From Mobula hypostoma (Eukaryota): 64,000 nucleotides of DNA. The DNA lies in contig NC_086109.1 in assembly GCF_963921235.1 (NCBI RefSeq), forward strand, positions 23,562,001 to 23,626,000. Reading direction: 5' to 3'. Of the stretch, positions 23,830-34,295 are shown in pieces (positions within the stretch are counted from its first letter, which is position 1; every line of letters begins with the position of its first letter). Made by a program: the position numbers and the translations under genes. The notes under the pieces are model-generated. The model saw nothing but the letters and a program-made list of their open reading frames with translations, had not been told where the DNA came from and made no database searches.

Positions 23830-24060
23830 GGTGATGTTGGTGAGAGAGATGAAAGGGGCTAATTTTGTTATTGTTTTGTTGATTGTGCCCAGTGTTGTTC
23901 TGCTGAGCATTGTGGGTATGCCATGCTGGCACAGGAATGTGAGACGACACTTTCGAGCTGCCACCACAACATCCTTAGGTTGTGTTGGTTGATAATACAA
24001 ATTATGCATTTCACTGCATGTTTCCATGTATATAGTATGTGGTAAATAAATCTGAATCTG
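23830..24060 (+). mobile_element. SINE/LINE 3' portion sharing the V-SINE-family tail
   Basis: gcattgtgggtatgccatgctggcacaggaatgtg...atgcatttcactgcatgtttc...aataaatctgaatctg. Confidence 0.65.
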
Positions 24061-24589
24061 ACTCTATAGAGATAAACATTGTGGGAGTGGTGTCACCATT
24101 TTCTTCCAAGATCAAGTATTAAGAACAGAGAAACAGATAACTCAGCCTAAGCAGTTCACATCCCATGCAAGCCTTCTTGATTAATTCCTTCATATCAATA
24201 TGTCCATCTTTTCCTTTGCAAATTCCTCTGCAGTTTCACTGTTTTACTAATCTCCAGCGAGCAAACTGTTCCTGAATTTTCAGTGTTAGTAGTACCCATC
24301 TTTTACGTAGACACCCTAATTCTGGTCTCCCATACAACTGGAAATAGTACAATTAGACAAAAAAAATGATTGTGTTGGCCCTCAACTCTTGTCCGTGAAG
24401 TATGACTTGATCCAACTCTCAGCAGCTTGGTTGGATAATAACATGACAATGTTTTACAGATGCTTGGTAACTTTTTAGCCTATAGAAAAATCTGTCCTGG
24501 GATTTTATTCCTGATCATGGTATTGAGAAGTATTGATCTAAGACAAGGAGAGAATCAGGCATCAAATAGTTTAATTGAGATAATTGAAA

Positions 24590-24930
24590 GGCCGTTGTAG
24601 ACTGAGCTTTACTTTCTATCTAATCCACTACCACTTGTGTTTTTCATGGACAAAATGTCTGTATCTGACCCTTACTGCATCTGCCCTGTGATATTGTAGA
24701 AGGAGATTCTCTCTGCATTTAAGCCATTTTGTATTTCCTCTGGGAGCATTTAATGATTTCAAGAGTAGCTGAGCCTTATAACAGTTGTCTTTTGCTTTGT
24801 ATCCAACCCATATTACACCTGCCCTAGAGTGTTTGGGTGTTTGATGGCATAGCAGGGGAAGCTTTCCTCAGTTCCTCAGTCTGACTGTTCCCGATGTGAG
24901 ATGATTTTGTGGAATGATGGAAGTTTAATG
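24590..24930 (+). repeat. Degenerate ~65-bp satellite-like repeat
   Basis: Recurring ctgtatct(g/a)accc..ctgccct..gtgtttgatgg..gagctttact units. The same repeat occurs reversed at 46430-46900. Confidence 0.55.
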
Positions 24931-25504
24931 TGAACAGCTCTGTCTCAGCACTAACATCTGTCACACTGATGAGCACCAAAATATACATGGAAAAAGTCAT
25001 AAAAAAAGATTGATTACAAACTTATATATAATATATAAAAGCAATTTCTCTGGTGAAATGAGGATTAGTAATTTTTAATTCAATTTTTTATATTAAAGGT
25101 AATTAAAGTACACTACTCATTTTAATAGGATTTAAATATATCCGCTTCTCTTAAAGTGGACACACTGTCATTTCAGAACAAAATCCTCACAATGGCTTAT
25201 TTCACAACTGATGGCACGCTTCCTCCTGATCCTACATAAACTGCAAACCAATATTTTTATGATTTTTCTTTGATTAAGATCAGAAGAATATAAGAAACGG
25301 AAGGCCATTGGGCCCTTTTGGTCTGTTCCACCATTCAATAAGTTTATGGCTGTTTTCTTCACTTGAACACCACTTTCCCGCTCAAATCCCACATCCATTG
25401 ATTCCTCTAATATCTAAGAATCTACAGAGTTGTTAAAGAGTTTTTTTAAGGATTCAGGCTGTTGGTCTACATTGTAACTGAAAAGAAACCCCATCCATCA
25501 AGAA

Positions 25505-25640
25505 TTCCTGAAGAGGGGTCTCAGCCCAAAATGGCGACTGTATTCATTTCCATAGATGCTGCCTGACCTGCTGAGTTACTCCAGCATTTTGTGTGTGTGG
25601 CTCTGGATTTCCAGTATCTTCAGAATTTCCCGTGATTGTT
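25505..25640 (+). mobile_element. Penelope-derived terminal repeat with decayed hammerhead
   Basis: cctgaagaggggtctcagcccaaaatggcgactg...gctgcctgacctgctgagttactccagcattttgtgtgt. Confidence 0.75.
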
Positions 25641-26194
25641 CATTATGAATTATTGCAATGGTTAGTGACTCTCTGGGGTCTTCCTGGACTTTCAGGAATT
25701 CAGGATTAATCTTCGAATCATTGTATCAAGTAAAGGACTGAAGAGGATTAGTGGGAATATTAAAAATGATTGTGCTTTTGAGCTTTCTTTTATTCACGTC
25801 TATTTATCAGTTATTGTAATACTAGAAGCTGTGATCGCTAATTGAGAATTGCCTATTGACTCCTTAACATCTCCAGTGGTATTGAAGTTTTCTTGCGACT
25901 TGGCAATGTTAGGGTAAGTTACATAGAATTGACATACTGGGAAGCCTGTAAAAGAAGTGTGAGGGTGTAGCTGCTGGAAACAGTATGGGTTCTCATTTTA
26001 ATGGTCTGCAGAGCCAGGGATATAATGAATCACAAAAGACATGGAAAATTGCTAAAACATGTGCATCTTGTTTATTCCACACTCTCTAACTACACTAAAC
26101 CTGAATTCACACTTCATACAAATGCATCACACACACACATTCAGTACACTACTTTCTATTTATGAAAAGAAACTGATTTGCATATTCTCCTTAT

Positions 26195-26685
26195 TTACAG
26201 ATTTAACCTGTTTGCAAGTGATTTTGATCTTCTGAAGGTCTCATATTAACAATATTATTTCCACTTAGTAAACTGAGGAAGGAGTGCTTCTTGACTCACT
26301 TCAACAGAATTTTCTATTATTTCTTCTATAGTCTCTACTGGATCAGCTTCTGGAATACACTCATGATCATGTAAATCTTGTAAGTCTCTGACAGGAATTA
26401 AGTGATTTATGTGTATACTTCCAACCCTATCTCCCATTTTCACAAAGTATCTCTTTTTACTGCATGCTGCCAATAACAATCCAATATCCCACGTCCAAGC
26501 AAAAGATTAGTTAGGTTGTGTTGATTCAAACTTCATCATGTCATTTAAAATGTACCTTTGCGTGGCTGATTCAGAATGTTGTCTCTGTTCACTTGCTTCC
26601 CTTCCACTCGCCTCAGAGTTTGCCTGAATGAAGCGCAGTTTGTGTTCCAAATTCCTGTGCCTCAGCAACTTAACAAGAATATATG
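26195..26685 (-). mobile_element. Ancient Gypsy LTR retrotransposon: integrase C-terminus / pol end
   Basis: WDIG..KRYFVKMGDRVGSIHINHLIP (GPY/F-like module) and terminal RRSKSLANRLNL*. Confidence 0.65.
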
Positions 26686-27243
26686 CTCAGTGGCCACTTT
26701 ACTAGTACACTTGTACACCAGCTCGTTAATGAAAATAACTAATCAACCAATCAAGTGGCAGCAATTCAATGCATAAAAGCATGCAGACATGGTCAAGAGG
26801 TTTAGTTGTTGCTCAGACCAAACATCGGAATGCAGAAGAAATGTGACCTAAGTGACTTTGACCATGGAATGATTATTGGTGCCAGACAGGGTGGTTTGAG
26901 TATCTCAGATACTGCTGACTTTCTGGGAGGTTTGCACACAACAGTCTCTGAAGGTTACAGAGTATGGTGTGATTAAGCAAAAAGCATCCAAGTTTTTGAG
27001 CAGCAGTTCCGTGGAAGAAAACACATTGTCAATGAGAGAGGTCAGAGAATATCAGACTTGGTCAAGTTGACAGGAACTCAAATAACCATGTGTTGCCCCA
27101 GTGGCATGCAGAGGAGCACCTCTGAAAAGACAACACATCAAAGCTTGAAGTGAATGGATGACAGCAGCAGAAGACCACAAACATACACTCGGTGGCCATT
27201 TTATTAGGTACAGGAGGTACCTAATCAAATATCCACCGAGTAT
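26684..27243 (+). mobile_element. Non-autonomous Tc1/mariner element, copy 1
   Basis: TIR resembling TA-CACTCAGTGGCCACTTTATTAGGTAC and a transposase HTH remnant. Colinear with 45810-46367. Confidence 0.85.
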
Positions 27244-27244
27244 G

Positions 27245-27602
27245 AGCTCTTGTGGAATATGGCATTTACTTTTTGTAGATCTAACAAGAAGCTTTCAGTA
27301 CATTGTCTCATTATTATGTTTAATCACCCTTTTTAAACTTGTTTCTTCACTATTTCTTTGAGAACTTTCACTGGTCTCTCTCTGCAACAACATTTGTGAT
27401 GGATAATGCTGTCAAATAAGAGGGGCTATAATACAAATCATTTTCATAAATAACTCAAACAGAAATGAATAAACTTGAGGATCGACTCTAATTCTTTTAG
27501 TAAGCCATGGCATGAGAAAATAGGTCTTAGTTCTTCGAAAGTACACTTTTTACAGTTTCCAACATGTTTCATTTTGAGCAGTTGTGTGTGATTATCAATG
27601 AC

Positions 27603-27603
<1 letters not shown>
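27245..27603 (-). mobile_element. Ancient Gypsy: integrase catalytic core remnant
   Basis: Reverse translation gives VIDNHT...TFEELRPIFSCHGLLKELES ... TNVVAER..VKVLKEIVKKQ ... SFLL. Confidence 0.7.
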
Positions 27604-27638
<35 letters not shown>

Positions 27639-27842
27639 GGTGCCGTGCCCAGTTTGAGCTTTGACTGCCATGGCCCACACACTCCTGTTTCAGGTCAAGT
27701 GGATTAATTCATTAGTATTCATTTCCAGTTCTCTGGCTGCTGTCTCCATCATCATTTGTCTTTGTCTTCCTCTTGCTTTCTTCCCTTCAATCTTTCCCAT
27801 AATTACCGTGCATTCTAACTCCTCTTTCCTAATCACATGTCC
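27604..27842 (-). mobile_element. RTE-clade LINE 3' end with (ATG)n microsatellite tail
   Basis: Reverse strand GHVIRKEELECTVIMGKIEGKKARGRQR...; (CAT)n at 27604-27638. Confidence 0.85.
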
Positions 27843-28027
27843 CTGTGCATTAGATGTGCATTACATCCCAGACGCATAACCTCTGATCTGAGCCGACATT
27901 TACGTGCCAGGTGGCACCTAATTAATTAGCTTGTTTATTTTGGTTTTTTTCTTAATGATGTGCTGGGTGCGTTCTGGCTACTGCTGCACCCCTGCATGCT
28001 TTGTGGCCTGGAGGTTGAGGACCACTA
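27843..28027. mobile_element. hAT-type DNA transposon end fragment
   Basis: Ends in gaggttgaggaccact, similar to the Charlie-type TIR GGTTGGGGACCACTG. The other end is not seen. Confidence 0.5.
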
Positions 28028-28029
28028 AT

Positions 28030-28175
28030 CTAGAGACTAACCATGTGACACCCACCCAGGTCTGATCAGCCTGTGGTGGGCCTGCCTCGGCTGAGGATGT
28101 CTTGTGATAATAGGCCGAAACACCCAGTGATGTCGAGGTACACAACTGAAGATGTGTCGTAATGATAGGAACATC
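28030..28175 (+). mobile_element. Isolated 3' UTR of a HERO-like RLE LINE (divergent subfamily)
   Basis: Same motif order as 35140-35280: gacac, ggtctgatcagcc, gaaacaccc, actgaagatgtgtc. Confidence 0.75.
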
Positions 28176-28179
28176 ATCT

Positions 28180-28420
28180 AGTAGTCATCTTTAAGAACTA
28201 CTTCCACTCAAGTCAAGTGAAGTGCAGAAACTTTCGGGATTGTAACATCCAGTCCTATTAATCAAACTGACTACACAATTACCTATGTGTACCCTTCAGA
28301 AGGTGTCCATTGGCTATTTCCAGTTTTGCAAACCATTTGGTTTTACAGTCTTGATACTTTACTAACTCCTCAAAACCTTTATCCCAAATTCAGACCATTA
28401 ATAAAATACTTGGCAATTGT
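28180..28420 (-). mobile_element. Ancient Gypsy: integrase zinc-binding region remnant
   Basis: Reverse strand DKGFEELVKYQDCK, cf. LDKDIEELVKSCxxC. Confidence 0.55.
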
Positions 28421-28479
28421 CTTTTTGATAGAATGGATGATATTTTTAAATGTGAATACACAAATTGATAAACTTAATA

Positions 28480-29185
28480 ATTAGGAGGAGGAATAGGCCA
28501 TTTTGTTCCTTTATCCTGCTCTGTCATTGAATAAGATTGTGGCTAATCTGAGTTCAATCCCAGTTCTGTATTCCAGTCTATCCATGTTATTACTTATTAA
28601 GAATACTGTATATCTACTTCTAGCTCTATCTCACTCATCGTTGAGGAGTAACCTCCTTGGCATTTCCTCACTACAACCAGGTATTACTCCAGTAAGCCTC
28701 CACTGAATTTCTTTCACATCTAAGGAGACGATTGTTTCATACAGTTTTCCTGAGGTCATACCACTGCCCTACATAACTGAAGCATTACTTCCCCACTTTA
28801 CATTCAACCTCCTTAGCAATAAACAAATAACATTCTGTTAGTTCCCCTAATTACTTGCAGAACACGCCTGGTAGTCTTTTGTGAATCATGCGTTAGGATC
28901 AACAGCTCTCTCTGCACCTCAGATTTCTGCGATCTCTCACTGTTTAGATAAGGTACTTCTTTTCTTTTATTTTTAATTTCCCTAGAACAGTGGAAAACTC
29001 AGTTTCCCATATCGCAAGATCTTTGCCACTCAATTAAACTACCTATATCCCTTTATAGCCTCCCTGTGTCCTCTTTGCAAATGATTTTCCTATGCATTTT
29101 TGTGTCATCAGAAAATGTAGCAAGCTTAGGTTTGCTGCATTGGTTTCAATCATTTATATAAACTGCAAACATCTGAGTCGCCAGC
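28480..29185 (-). mobile_element. Decayed CR1 3' half
   Basis: ggaggaataggccattt tail; tttgtgtcatcagaaaatgtag (FSDDTK on the reverse strand). Confidence 0.7.
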
Positions 29186-29330
29186 ACATGAAAAACAATT
29201 CTTCATGCATTTTTTTCTCAGTATGAATATAGCTTTTCTCACTCTTTATCAATAAGTGTGATTAAGACATAATGAGCTTTTCTTGAACATGACTGATTAC
29301 TCCATATTCAGCTTAGATAGCTTACAACCC
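29185..29330 (-). mobile_element. Ancient Gypsy: RNase H remnant
   Basis: Reverse strand YGVISHVQEKLIMS*SHLLIKSEKSYIHTEKK, cf. AVISH..E.PIA.ASR.L.KSE.NY.Q.EKE. Confidence 0.65.
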
Positions 29331-29800
29331 TATGGTATGAACACTGGGTTTTCTCTTTTCAGGTTCCCACACTGTGGTGTTCTCCCCCCACAAGGAGTCT
29401 CCTGCCCACCTGTTTTCACTTAGCTTACCATCCCGAACACCTCCACCGCACCAGGTTGGATTTGCCAACCATCCCCTCCCCATCTGGTTCCATCTACAAT
29501 GTAGAAACTAGAACACAGAGACAGAGCAGCACATTGCAGAAATAGGCCCTTTATTCTGTCGTGTACGTGCTCACCATATGCCAGTCTAATCTAATCCAAT
29601 CTGTCGGCACATGGTCTGTATCCCTCCACTGCCTGTCTGTTCATGCGTGCATCACAATGTGTCCTAAACATTTCTTCTACCATCTCCCCTGACAGCATGG
29701 TATATATAAAAGTTGCCTCACACTTCTCCTTTAAACTTGCCCCCTTTCAGGTATTCTGGAAAAAAAAAGACTGACAATCTACCCTTTCATCATTTTAAAT

Positions 29801-30118
29801 AGATAGATAGACATATTGTATTGATCCTGAGGGAAGTTGGGTTTCGTTACAGTTGCACCAACCAAGAACAGAGTATAAATGTAGCAAAATAAAAACCATA
29901 AATAATTAAATAATATGTAAATTATGCCAGGAAATAAGTCCAGGACCAGCCTATTGGCTCAGGGTGTCTGACCCTCCAAGGGAGGTGTTGTAAAATTTAA
30001 TGGCCACAGGCAGGAATGACTTCCTATGACGCTCAGTGCTGTATCTCGGTGGAATGAGTCTCTGGCTGAATGTACTCCTGTGCCCAACCAGTACTTTATG
30101 TCGTGGATGGGAGACATT
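29801..30118 (-). mobile_element. Rex1 3' fragment, sister subfamily with (CTAT)n tail, nested in a CR1 3' fragment
   Basis: ORF end nearly identical to 13390-13560 (GGSDTLSQ) but with a different distal 3' UTR. Confidence 0.88.
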
Positions 30119-30304
30119 ACAAATTTTATATCATTCTGTTACTTGTCTGTCTGTCCCATTTTCCTTCATACTGCTGTTCATCAGCAAACTTTCCTTTTAT
30201 CTCCCAGTCCTGATGCAGGCTCTTGACCTGAAGTCTTGAATTACATCTTTCACCTCCACAGACGCTTCTTGACCTGCTGAGTTTTCCCAGTGGTCTGTCC
30301 TTAT

Positions 30305-30520
30305 TTATACCACCTCCACTCCGTAAGTTAAAGTATTACAAGTTTCAGCTCACCTGATATGATGCAGTGAACTTACAAGCTCACTTCCCAGACCTGTCTC
30401 ACACACGTTGCATGCCGTTTGATTTCCGCGCCCAAATTTCTGTTTTCTTCTTTCTTCAGAAGCTGATGTAATGGCACCGGAAATGTTGCAAGGTCTAGCC
30501 AGAATCCAGCATAGCTGAGG
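30305..30520 (-). mobile_element. Ancient Gypsy: RT-RNase H connection remnant
   Basis: ORF 30350-30535 reads KQKFGRGNQTACNVCETGLGSELV, then CNTLTYGVEVV (cf. CDASxYGVGAV). Confidence 0.6.
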
Positions 30521-30523
30521 AAT

Positions 30524-30724
30524 GAAACAACACATGCAAAATGTTGGAGGAACTCAGCAGGTCAGGCACCATCTATAGAGGGAAATAAACGTTCAATGTT
30601 TCAAGCCGACACACTTCATCAGACTCTTTATTTCCCTCCATAGATGCTGCCTGACCTGCTGAGTTCCTCCGGCATTTTATGTGTGCTACTCAGAATTTCC
30701 TGCATCTGCAGAACCTCTTGTGTG
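30524..30724. mobile_element. Palindromic Penelope-derived non-autonomous element
   Basis: 59-nt inverted arms 30531-30589 / 30627-30685 with a hammerhead relic in the loop. Confidence 0.8.
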
Positions 30725-30729
30725 TTAGT

Positions 30730-30835
30730 TGAAGGATAATCTTTGTTTAGAAGTGTTTGCTTTTGAATTTCCCTTCACAATTGCCTTTACCTTTTCATTG
30801 ACTGGTTGCCTTGACTTTGCAGCTGATTTTGACTG
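30730..30835 (-). mobile_element. Ancient Gypsy: RT C-terminal (thumb) remnant
   Basis: Reverse strand QPVNEKVKAIVKGNSKANTSKQRLSF, cf. HP..EKV.AI..AP.P.N..ELRSF. Confidence 0.65.
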
Positions 30836-31109
30836 AAGGTTTTGTTTGGCAGGCATGTAGGGTCGAGGATGCTTTCACGTCAGTGCTGTGAGTTCTGAAG
30901 TGACCAATGTGGCCACTGTTGAAACGGCAGACACAGATGGAGCAAGAAATGTTTAGCATGTTGGGCCTGTGGGCATTTTGTGGTGTGCTCCCTCTACCAT
31001 TGATGTCCTCCTGGCTTGTGAGTCATCCCAACTAAGTGATTTGAGTGTTTCCATTGACAGTGTTCCTCCTCCATTGAGAGCCAGAGTTTTCACTTTGAGA
31101 AATGATTCA

Positions 31110-31670
31110 CTTTGGAAGGTTCAACTTGAAAACAGAGCACAGGGTTAATGGCAGGATTCTTAGAAGTGCAGGAGAACTGAGAAGGTGCAGAAGAGTTTTA
31201 CCATGGTGATGCCTAGATTAGAAAGCATATCTTATAAGGATAGGTGGTGTGAGCTGGGGCTTTTGTCTTTTGCCTTTGGAGAGAAGAAGGATGAGAGGTG
31301 ACTTGATAGAGCTGTACAAGATGAGAAGAGGCATAGCCTGAGTGGACAGCCAAAGACTTTTTCCCAGGGTGGAAATGGCCAATACAAGGGGGCATAACTT
31401 TAAGGTGTTGGGAGAAAAGTATAGGGGAGGATGTCAGAGGCAGGTCTTTTTACACAGGGAGTGGTAGTTGCTTGCAGCACACAGCCAGGAGTGGTCATAA
31501 AGGTAGATACATTAAGGACATTTAAGAGACTTTTTGATAAGCAAATGGATGAAGGAAAAATGGAAGGCTATGTGGGAGGGAGGAATTAGATTGCTTTTGG
31601 ATTAGATTAGAAGGTTGGCACAACATTGCGGGCCAAAAGACTTTGACTGTGCTGTACTGTTCTGTTCTGT
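31110..31670 (+). mobile_element. CR1 3' fragment
   Basis: aggatgagaggtgacttgatagagctgtacaagatg...ggttggcacaacattgcgggcc tail. Confidence 0.85.
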
Positions 31671-32490
31671 GAGCTTCCCCATTTTACTGAACTCCGGTAT
31701 GAAGCTTGCTCTATGTGAGCTGTGGCAGTGACATGAGAAAAAATTGAGAAAGCTGGTGATGCAACCTTGCGTGAGACAAGTTTGCACTGCGGCTTTGCCT
31801 GCTGTGGACGCATCAGTTAAAATCACAGCTTACATTCCATCTTGTAGCAGTCTTGGTATGCTCATGAATTTCATTCTATTCAAATTTATTGAACTTTTCC
31901 CCATCCTGGTATTTCAAAGCCTATGGCGCATTGAATTGTTTCTTCACCTGGACTTGATAAGGATATAACATTGTGACCTGTAATGTTCATGAAAATATCC
32001 TTGAACACTTTGTTTAACTCACTAATTCATCTTTAATACTTCATCTGAATATATTTTTAAGTTCACTTTACTCTTCAGAAATGATAGTTGTGTGAATTGA
32101 TTTGGATATGTAGCTTTAAATACAATTTAGACATCTATTGCCATTTCAAAGTTCATGTCAATGCTATGTCCATTTAAGCAGATTCTTGCTTGGAAGGTCA
32201 TTCTGATTGCTACCATTGCTTCTGGGTGTGGAAATGGATCATAAAGCCAAGCTTCCTGTTGTACGAATTGGACTCACAACTATGTAGACTTCCTGTGACA
32301 TTTTGCTGTGGAAATTTAACCTCTGTGAAGAAACATATTCTTAGAGTTGTTTTGATTAATTACTTTGGCTTTAGACTTGTGTGCTGAAATTATGTGATAT
32401 TTTCTTTCTCTCTGACCATTAAAACATTTTGTTGTTTTAAATTGTCATGTGGTTTTTGCCGCATCTGTAACTACAATTCATGCCACCTTT
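31670..32490 (-). mobile_element. Ancient Gypsy: gag zinc knuckle, aspartic protease and RT N-terminus remnants
   Basis: Reverse strand YRCGKNH..QFKTTKCFN...HII (CCHC knuckle, ~32370-32480) and ICLNGHSIDM.....V*IV.KATY..QF.QL..LKSKVNLKIYSDEVL (protease, ~32020-32200). Confidence 0.72.
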
Positions 32491-32709
32491 AGCCATGTGC
32501 TTCAGATTCAGCTTTGGAACTCTAGCTTTTGTTATAACCCCATGACTATGAAATCACTAGTTTGTTTAGACATTTCAGGAGTACGTTACTTAAAGGGAAA
32601 TTACAGGCTGCAGATTGCAGCGCCAGTAGTTCAGAAGAAGTATATCTAGAAGTTTTGTGAGCTACCCACAAAAAGTCACCGAGTATCACCAGCGCCATCT
32701 TGGCCTGCT

Positions 32710-34195
32710 TCAATTATTCCGGTCTCCAAGAAGAACGTGGCAATCTGCCTCAATGACTATTGTCTGGTAGCACTTACATCCACAGAGTGCAAGTGCTTTG
32801 AGAGCTTGGTTACGAAACATATCAACTCCTGTCTGAGGAATGAATTGGATCCACTGCAATTTGCCTACGATCAGAACAGGTCCACAGCAGATGCCCTTTT
32901 GGCTCTTCACTCAACCTTGGAACACCTGGACAGTGAAGATACATACTTCAGGATGTTCTTCATTGACTACAGCTCTGCATTCAACACTATCATCCCCTCA
33001 AAACTAATCAGTAAGTGCCAAGGCCTAGGCCTCAATACCTCCTTGCGAAAATGGATCCTCTATTTCCTGATTTGCAGACCCCACTCAGTTCGAATTGGCA
33101 AAAACATCTCCTCCACAATCACTTTCAGCACAGATGCACCACAAGGCTGTGTGCTCAGCGACCTGCTCTACCTGCTTTATACCGAAGTCTGTGTGGATAA
33201 CCACGACACCAATGCCATATTTAAGTCTGACAACGACACCATTGTTGTTGGCTGAATAAAAGGTGGTGACAAATCAGCATATAGGAGTGAGATTTAAAGT
33301 CGGGCTGAATGATTCCACAACAAACTCTCATTTAATGTCAGCAAAACCAAGGAGCTGATTATTGACTACAGAGGAGAAAACTAGAAGTCCATGTGCCAGA
33401 CCTCATCATGGGATCAAAGGTGGAGGGGGTGGCCAACTTTAAACTCCTTGGTGTTGTCATTTCAGAGGATCTGTCCTGGGCCTAGCACACAAGTTCCATT
33501 ACAAAGAAGGCAGGGCAGTGCCTCTACTCTCTGAGAAGTTTACGATGATTTGGCAGGTCATCTACAACTCTGAAAGACTTCCACAGATGTGTGGTGAAGA
33601 ATGTACAGAGTGGTTGCATCATGTGCTGGTGTAAAAACACCAGTGCACTTGAATGGAAAAGCCTACAAAAAGTAGCTGATGCGCTCAGTCCATAACGAAT
33701 AAAGTCCTCTCCACCACTGAGCACACCTACAACGAGTGCTGTCATGAAAAAACAGCATCCATCATCAAGGACCCCCACCATCCAGGCCATCCTCTCTTCT
33801 CACTGGTGCCATCAGGAAGAAACCTCAAGTCCTACACCACCAGGTTTAGGAACAGTTATTTCCCTTCAACTATCAGCTCTTGAACCAGAGAGGATAGCTT
33901 CACTCAACTTCACTCAGCCTGATACTGAAATGATTCCAGAATCTATAGACTCACTTTCAAGGACTCTACAACTCATTTTGTAGATATTTATTGCTTATTT
34001 ATTTATCATTTTATATTTGCACCGTTTGTTGTCTTTTGCATACTGGTTGTTTGTCTGGCTTTGCTGTATGCATTGTTTTATTGAAACTATCTTGTTTCTT
34101 TGTAGTTACTCTGAATGCCTGCAAGAAAATGAATCTCAAACTAGCATGTGGTGACATATCCGTACTTGGATAATAAATTTACTTTGAACTTTGAA
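32710..34195 (+). mobile_element. Older Rex1/Babar-like LINE, RT region plus 3' tail
   Basis: ORF 32737-33255 ([36 protein letters not shown]). Tail aataaatttactttgaactttgaa. Confidence 0.92.
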
Positions 34196-34209
34196 ATGCC
34201 ATCTTAGTT

Positions 34210-34285
34210 GGCATTCCTTAACATTCTATGATGGTATCTATACAGACATTGCAACATTGCACAAAAATGTGAGATCCAAAGGCTC
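34210..34285 (-). mobile_element. Ancient Gypsy: gag remnant (continuation of 35690-36110)
   Basis: Reverse strand DLTFLCNVAMSV...NVKE, cf. DLTFEKA..IA.SME.A.KN.KE. Confidence 0.55.
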
Positions 34286-34295
34286 AGAAAAAAAT

